Virus record (IMG/VR): IMGVR_UViG_3300030231_000279
Location: 1 to 30,881 of that record
Reading direction: 5' to 3' (one strand)
DNA: 30,881 bases
From: a virus
Taxonomy: Duplodnaviria; Caudoviricetes
Shown: piece by piece, positions 26,337 to 30,881 of the stretch
Position numbering within the stretch: the stretch's first letter is position 1
Layout: each line of letters opens with the position of its first letter
Translations under genes and position numbers: made by a program
The notes under the pieces: model-generated
What the model saw: the letters and a program-made list of their open reading frames with translations, nothing else
Databases searched by the model: none
Told to the model about the DNA's origin: nothing

Positions 26337-26962
26337 TTTCCTGTTCCGTAATGCGGATATTTTGATTTATAATTATAATATATAACATCTTCAGGTATTT
26401 CTCTTTGAATACCATTCCATGTATCTGAAGTTGGTGTGTTTGTTGATACTCCATTGTCCTCTACTACAAAATATAGAGGTAAGTCAAAGTTTCTTGCGTA
26501 TTTATGAGCTTCATAAAACAAACCTGTCTCGAATGTCATATCCCCTATAAAACACCATACTTTATTTTTACTCTTACTTAACTTTAGTGACTTAGCTACA
26601 CCAAGAGCTATTGGTATAATACCATTAACTATCGCTGATGAATAAAAATTTGAATCTTTATCAATGATTGTTATAGATTTACCATCTAATATTTTTTGTT
26701 TTAACACCTTTGGTTCGACTCCATGAAGTAATGCATGATAATGAGACCTCCATGTAGAAAATACCCAATCATCAACACCGACTTTACTGAATATCTTAAT
26801 AAGTTGTTCCTCATTACCATTTGAAAGGTGTATTGGACCAGTAATTTCACCATTTTCCCAATGTTTTATTATGTCATCTTCAAAATCAATCAAATCTTGT
26901 GATGTCCAATTACTACCATCCCACCTATCTTGGTGATTTTTAAGATTAAGAATCTTTTCCAT
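26321..26962 (-). CDS. TPP-binding E1-alpha/transketolase N-terminal-like subunit
   Basis: GPIHLSNGNE, STWRSHYHALLHG, and TPP motif GDMTFETG...VVEDN. Confidence 0.88.
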   Translation of the reverse strand: MEKILNLKNHQDRWDGSNWTSQDLIDFEDDIIKHWENGEITGPIHLSNGNEEQLIKIFSKVGVDDWVFSTWRSHYHALLHGVEPKVLKQKILDGKSITIIDKDSNFYSSAIVNGIIPIALGVAKSLKLSKSKNKVWCFIGDMTFETGLFYEAHKYARNFDLPLYFVVEDNGVSTNTPTSDTWNGIQREIPEDVIYYNYKSKYPHYGTGKWVVF

Positions 26963-27551
26963 CTCTATCTCTTTTAGAAATTATAGGATTAGTACAAGGC
27001 CACTCTATATTGAACTTTTTACTATTCCATTTTATTGTTTTTTGTTTATCTACATCTACAAACTCACCATCATATGCTAATTTGTAAGAGAATATAGAGT
27101 TTTTTTCCATCACATAGTGTCCATTCGCGAATCCTGGTGGTATTAGTACCTGTGTTTGTGTGGATGGTGACAAAATGTAGGTTTCCCAACTTCCATATTG
27201 TGGATTATTAGTCGTATTACCACCTCTTACATCTAAAACTACCAAATATATCTTACCATGTAAGCAAGATACCATTTTCCAAGTCTTATTATCATGATGT
27301 AAACCTCTTAATACACCTTCCTCTGATTTTGAGTACCTATCATGTTTAAATTGGACTCCTTTTTCTCTTTCTTCTATAGGAATCAATCTATCATAGTAAT
27401 CTGAATGATATGTTGTTGAAATTTCACCTCTTTGTTCGTGATAAACCGATGGTTGTATTATTTTTACCCCACCAGTAAGAACTTTTGATGAATAAATGTG
27501 GAAATCGTTCCAACTTCTTTCTTTGTAATATATACTACGCCCTATTGCCAT
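26946..27551 (-). CDS. rmlC: dTDP-4-dehydrorhamnose 3,5-epimerase family (cupin)
   Basis: S..GVLRGLH, KMVSCLHGKIYLVVLDVR, QVLIPPGFANGH, IEWP...PIISKRD. Confidence 0.85.
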   Translation of the reverse strand: MAIGRSIYYKERSWNDFHIYSSKVLTGGVKIIQPSVYHEQRGEISTTYHSDYYDRLIPIEEREKGVQFKHDRYSKSEEGVLRGLHHDNKTWKMVSCLHGKIYLVVLDVRGGNTTNNPQYGSWETYILSPSTQTQVLIPPGFANGHYVMEKNSIFSYKLAYDGEFVDVDKQKTIKWNSKKFNIEWPCTNPIISKRDRDGKDS

Positions 27552-28530
27552 AACTTAAAGGAAAACCATTTCTATATTTTGAACTTAAATCGGATATTAG
27601 TACAGAATAGGTTTTCATTAGTTCTTCTATACCATCTTCCAAGTCATATATAGGTCTCCAACCAGTTTTTTCTAACTTTTCGTTGGAAACTATATAATCT
27701 CTTTTATCTGGGTCTTTGTAATAATCAGAATATGTTATTGCAAAGTCAGGAATGTATGTTTTTATTAGCTCTACTAATTGTTCTTTTGATAAATTAGCTT
27801 CTGATAGACCTACATTAAAAACTTCTCCCCCATGTTGTTTATACCTTTCTAACATAAACATAAATGTATGAGCGACATCCCTAATATGTATGTAATTTCT
27901 TACAAAATCTTTTTCAAAAATGGTTATGTACTTGTCAGTTAGTGCTTTATACACAAATTCATTTACTAACAAGTCCATCCTCATCCTCATTGATGAACCA
28001 AATACTGTTGCCAGTCTTAAAGAGATACCACCAACACTTAAAACTTCTGTTTCAGCGTTGACTTTGGTAATTCCATAATGAGAAATCGGATTTAATGGGC
28101 TATCTTCGGTACAAGTACCATCCTCTCCTATTCCATAACCACTATTTGTATTAGGATAGATAATTTTTTTATCTGTATCCTTAATTAATTCACAAATATA
28201 TCTCACATGCTCATAGTTCACCGCAGTTGCTAAGTCTTTATCTCTCTCACAAGCAGGAAATCCAACGATTGCTGCTAATGGTATGATAACATCTGACTCA
28301 TCAACATACTTTTTTAATAATTTTTTATCTCTTACATCACCATAAACGAATTCAAAGTTTTTAAAATGAGCAAAATTAGCTGATGAGGTCTGATTATACA
28401 TCAGATTATCATAAACTACTAATTTTTTTACCATTCCTCTACTAAAAAGAGATTGAGTTATAACCGAACCCAAATAACCAGCTCCACCAGTTATTAAAAT
28501 AGTGTCGTACTTGATTCTTTCGATATCCAT
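27535..28530 (-). CDS. NAD-dependent epimerase/dehydratase
   Basis: ILITGGAGYLG, LAAIVGFPAC, catalytic YGITK, RLATVFG.S.RMR.DLLVN. Confidence 0.9.
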   Translation of the reverse strand: MDIERIKYDTILITGGAGYLGSVITQSLFSRGMVKKLVVYDNLMYNQTSSANFAHFKNFEFVYGDVRDKKLLKKYVDESDVIIPLAAIVGFPACERDKDLATAVNYEHVRYICELIKDTDKKIIYPNTNSGYGIGEDGTCTEDSPLNPISHYGITKVNAETEVLSVGGISLRLATVFGSSMRMRMDLLVNEFVYKALTDKYITIFEKDFVRNYIHIRDVAHTFMFMLERYKQHGGEVFNVGLSEANLSKEQLVELIKTYIPDFAITYSDYYKDPDKRDYIVSNEKLEKTGWRPIYDLEDGIEELMKTYSVLISDLSSKYRNGFPLSYGNRA

Positions 28531-28940
28531 TTATTAAATTGTGTTAAAATTTTTTTATCTTTTTGTGATAATTTTATATTTTTAGGATTTTCAACTGAAA
28601 ATTGTAATTGTTTTCCATTTGTTATATCCTTACCTACTTCTGTAAAATAGTCAAATAATACATCAAGTGTATTACCTGATAAATTTTCTAATTTACAATC
28701 TTCATCAATTACAATCTCAAATATTAAAGTATCTTGTGTTTCTCTTGTAATCTTACCAACATCTACAAACAAAGTAGATTTAAATTCTTTTTTTTCTTTA
28801 CAAATATGGTCTAAGTTAAAACTTGTAGTGTCTTTATGTTTTACTTGGATATTTTTCATATATTCTACAAGTTTATTTTTATCATATCCATTTTTTACAT
28901 ATCCATGAGGACAAACGGTTTCATAAAGATATCTAACCAT
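28494..28940 (-). CDS. Hypothetical protein
   Basis: 148-aa ORF that overlaps both neighbours in the operon; no recognised motif. Confidence 0.6.
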   Translation of the reverse strand: MVRYLYETVCPHGYVKNGYDKNKLVEYMKNIQVKHKDTTSFNLDHICKEKKEFKSTLFVDVGKITRETQDTLIFEIVIDEDCKLENLSGNTLDVLFDYFTEVGKDITNGKQLQFSVENPKNIKLSQKDKKILTQFNKWISKESSTTLF

Positions 28941-30366
28941 TATTTAATTCTTTACATTTATTATAAAAATCTTCTAATTCAGGAAATGTTTCTAAGAAGT
29001 TAGTTTCTCTTCTTTCATCATGAGCATTAAAGAATCTATAAAAGTTTTTTCTATTGGTTTTAAGTTGTTCTTCATCTTGTGGTGCAATCATCCAATCATA
29101 TAATCTTGTTATCTTACCTATTTCAACATCTGTAAATCCATAGGACACTCCATTTTCATTTATATCTTGATGAAATACTTCTCTCAGCTCTTGAACCATA
29201 TCAGATTGTTTTTTTACTAAATCGGCAAATTCTTCACCTAAAACTTGGATTGTTTGGTGAGTAGGATATCTAAGATATGATGCATCTAAAAATACTGATG
29301 ATACCCAATCTCTATCGGTAGAAGCAAATTCTTTTTTTAATTCATAAACCTCTTTTATAAGTTTTGGATATGAAAAAACTGATAATGCATTGTATGTACT
29401 CATCAAACCAATACTAACAGTTGGGCATTTTGATAATATTTTTCTTACATTTTTCCAAAATCTATCAAATTCCAAACCATGTCTACCATACTCTGCTTGT
29501 TTACCCCATCCATCTACTGATGTAAAGATTACAAACTCTTCACATCTTTGTTCATCTCTAATCTTATTTATTTTTTTAATAAGTTTATCAATAAGTCTAT
29601 CTTCTGCTCCTAAATTTGTGTTGATTGATAATTTTAACATTCTATTTGGATTATCAGTCTTTTCAATATAATCTAATACTTTCCAAACATCTTTTGATAG
29701 TAATGGTTCACCGCCAGTCATTCTAAATGTATGTAGATTGTGATATAAGTCAGGCCACCATTTCCAAAAAGCTTCAACATATGGATTATACTCTTTATGG
29801 TGAATTGGCATTTCTCCTTGTTGTTCTAAGTGGTCAAGTCCATTGAATTGGGTAGTTGTTGGATATGGTCCATGTTTTTTTGCTTCAGCAACCCATTGTG
29901 ATGAATATGTTGGACCACAATATGAACATTTAAAATTACAAACATTTGAAAAAGACACTTCTACATACTTTGGGAAGTAGTCAGCGTTCCAAGGTGTATC
30001 AACTATTTCTTTGTAGAAAGGTCTTGACCAACTTTCTGATGATTTATATATTCTATCTGAATATTCTTTTGAATTATCCTCAACATTCCAACAATAGTCA
30101 CATTCCTTTGGTCTCTTACCAGTAAGCATTTCTCTTCTTCTTCTTTTTTTATGAAGAGTATTGTGAAGTGCTGATGGATTTCTTTTTACCTCATGTACTG
30201 GTATAGCATGAGTTTGGGGGTGGTGACAAGAATGATTTCTACCAGTATGTAAATGAATCGTAACTTGTGTCCACTTAGCTAAACAAAACCCACATCCTAC
30301 TTTATCTAGTCTTTTTTTGTTTGCAGTATAAAAAGGAGTACTATTATTAAATATTTCTTCAGCCAT
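28933..30366 (-). CDS. Radical SAM protein with N-terminal auxiliary Cys cluster (SPASM/twitch-like)
   Basis: CNFKCSYC, TGGEPLL, N-terminal CLAKW...SCHH...CDYCW. Confidence 0.9.
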   Translation of the reverse strand: MAEEIFNNSTPFYTANKKRLDKVGCGFCLAKWTQVTIHLHTGRNHSCHHPQTHAIPVHEVKRNPSALHNTLHKKRRRREMLTGKRPKECDYCWNVEDNSKEYSDRIYKSSESWSRPFYKEIVDTPWNADYFPKYVEVSFSNVCNFKCSYCGPTYSSQWVAEAKKHGPYPTTTQFNGLDHLEQQGEMPIHHKEYNPYVEAFWKWWPDLYHNLHTFRMTGGEPLLSKDVWKVLDYIEKTDNPNRMLKLSINTNLGAEDRLIDKLIKKINKIRDEQRCEEFVIFTSVDGWGKQAEYGRHGLEFDRFWKNVRKILSKCPTVSIGLMSTYNALSVFSYPKLIKEVYELKKEFASTDRDWVSSVFLDASYLRYPTHQTIQVLGEEFADLVKKQSDMVQELREVFHQDINENGVSYGFTDVEIGKITRLYDWMIAPQDEEQLKTNRKNFYRFFNAHDERRETNFLETFPELEDFYNKCKELNNG

Positions 30367-30388
30367 AACTTTCTTATATTAATATATA

Positions 30389-30881
30389 TTAAAATTTAAC
30401 ATTTATCATCTTTACATTAGGTGCAATATTATCCACACCAATCAATTCATATTTTAATTGTTTTATGCCATCAGATTTATAATCCCAATTACCTTGTTGC
30501 ATTTGAAGTACATACCTTCTTTCATTTTTTGCAGTAGTCTCTCCTTTGGCCCATCTATCTTGACCCTTTTCATCTTTTATTAACCCCTCATCTTCATGTG
30601 GTAAACAAAACATTCTACCTACTCTACGATGTGGTATTGGTGCATGTGATATTTTAATCTCTTCTTCTCCCTTTTCAGTTAAATGTGATATTCCATCGTA
30701 GTTATTATCAGATAAGTCTTTAGCTTTGCCATCTTCAAACTCATAATGTAGTTTAAGATTGTCTTGAGGTGTTTCATTTACTAAATTTTTTATTTCATCT
30801 CCACTTAATGCTCTATTCCACAACATTACTTTAGAAATGTCTCCTTTGAAATAACTATTAGGTTCGTTTTCAGACACCGAG
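30389..30881 (-). CDS. 3' end of a probable GT7 (beta-1,4-galactosyltransferase-like) protein with a LamG-like insertion (partial)
   Basis: The frame stays open to the window edge. FKGDISKVMLWNRALS.DEI...LKLHYEF..DLSDNNYDG is LamG/concanavalin-like. It is followed by GRMFCLPH...N..RY...SDGIKQLKY, resembling the GT7 C-terminus. Confidence 0.6.
   Translation of the reverse strand, partial: SVSENEPNSYFKGDISKVMLWNRALSGDEIKNLVNETPQDNLKLHYEFEDGKAKDLSDNNYDGISHLTEKGEEEIKISHAPIPHRRVGRMFCLPHEDEGLIKDEKGQDRWAKGETTAKNERRYVLQMQQGNWDYKSDGIKQLKYELIGVDNIAPNVKMINVKF

Noticed and set aside
20183-26962. Pyruvate dehydrogenase auxiliary metabolic genes (pdhA/pdhB)
   Set aside because: The subunits are short, E2 and E3 are missing, and the context is NDP-sugar enzymes.
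3124-29671. All plus-strand ORFs in the track (e.g. 3124-3450, 6346-6891, 7116-7451, 14733-15041)
   Set aside because: They are antisense shadows of well-supported minus-strand genes, with Phe/Ser/Leu-rich composition mirroring Lys/Glu codons and no recognisable motifs.
1-30881. Stop-codon reassignment as seen in some jumbo phages
   Set aside because: The standard code gives near-complete coding density, and TAA, TGA and TAG all end genes at tight junctions.

Overview
This is a 30.9 kb, AT-rich, densely coded segment of a large T4-like (probably jumbo) tailed phage. All credible genes lie on the minus strand. In transcription order (right to left) there are three blocks. (1) ~30.9-18.7 kb: a sugar biosynthesis/glycan-modification cluster with a GT7/LamG fusion, a radical SAM protein, three NAD-dependent epimerases, RmlC, a split TPP enzyme, two SGNH hydrolases and three paralogous glycosyltransferase-like genes. 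(2) A 1352-aa multidomain protein with an HxGH nucleotidyltransferase, an HD phosphohydrolase and a ligase-like domain. (3) The head morphogenesis module: large terminase, portal, prohead protease, putative head-cargo proteins, ribosomal protein bS21, acidic scaffold and the 5' part of the major capsid protein. The most striking signal is an apparent virion-cargo polyprotein system. Many head-region proteins share an 'M-x-[KR]-L-x-D-[IL]-L-x-E' leader resembling a capsid-targeting sequence and appear to be built from short unrelated modules separated by Glu-terminated linkers. One gene contains five in-frame copies of the 15-bp repeat GAATCAGTAAAYGAA (ESVNE) flanking unrelated 153-282 bp cassettes. 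Other points of interest are a possible packaged RNA-repair enzyme set, a phage bS21 lying among genes with Shine-Dalgarno motifs (Bacteroidota host inferred), an ATAYTTATA promoter-like motif and a structured leader before the scaffold gene. All family calls come from reading motifs by eye; no searches were run.
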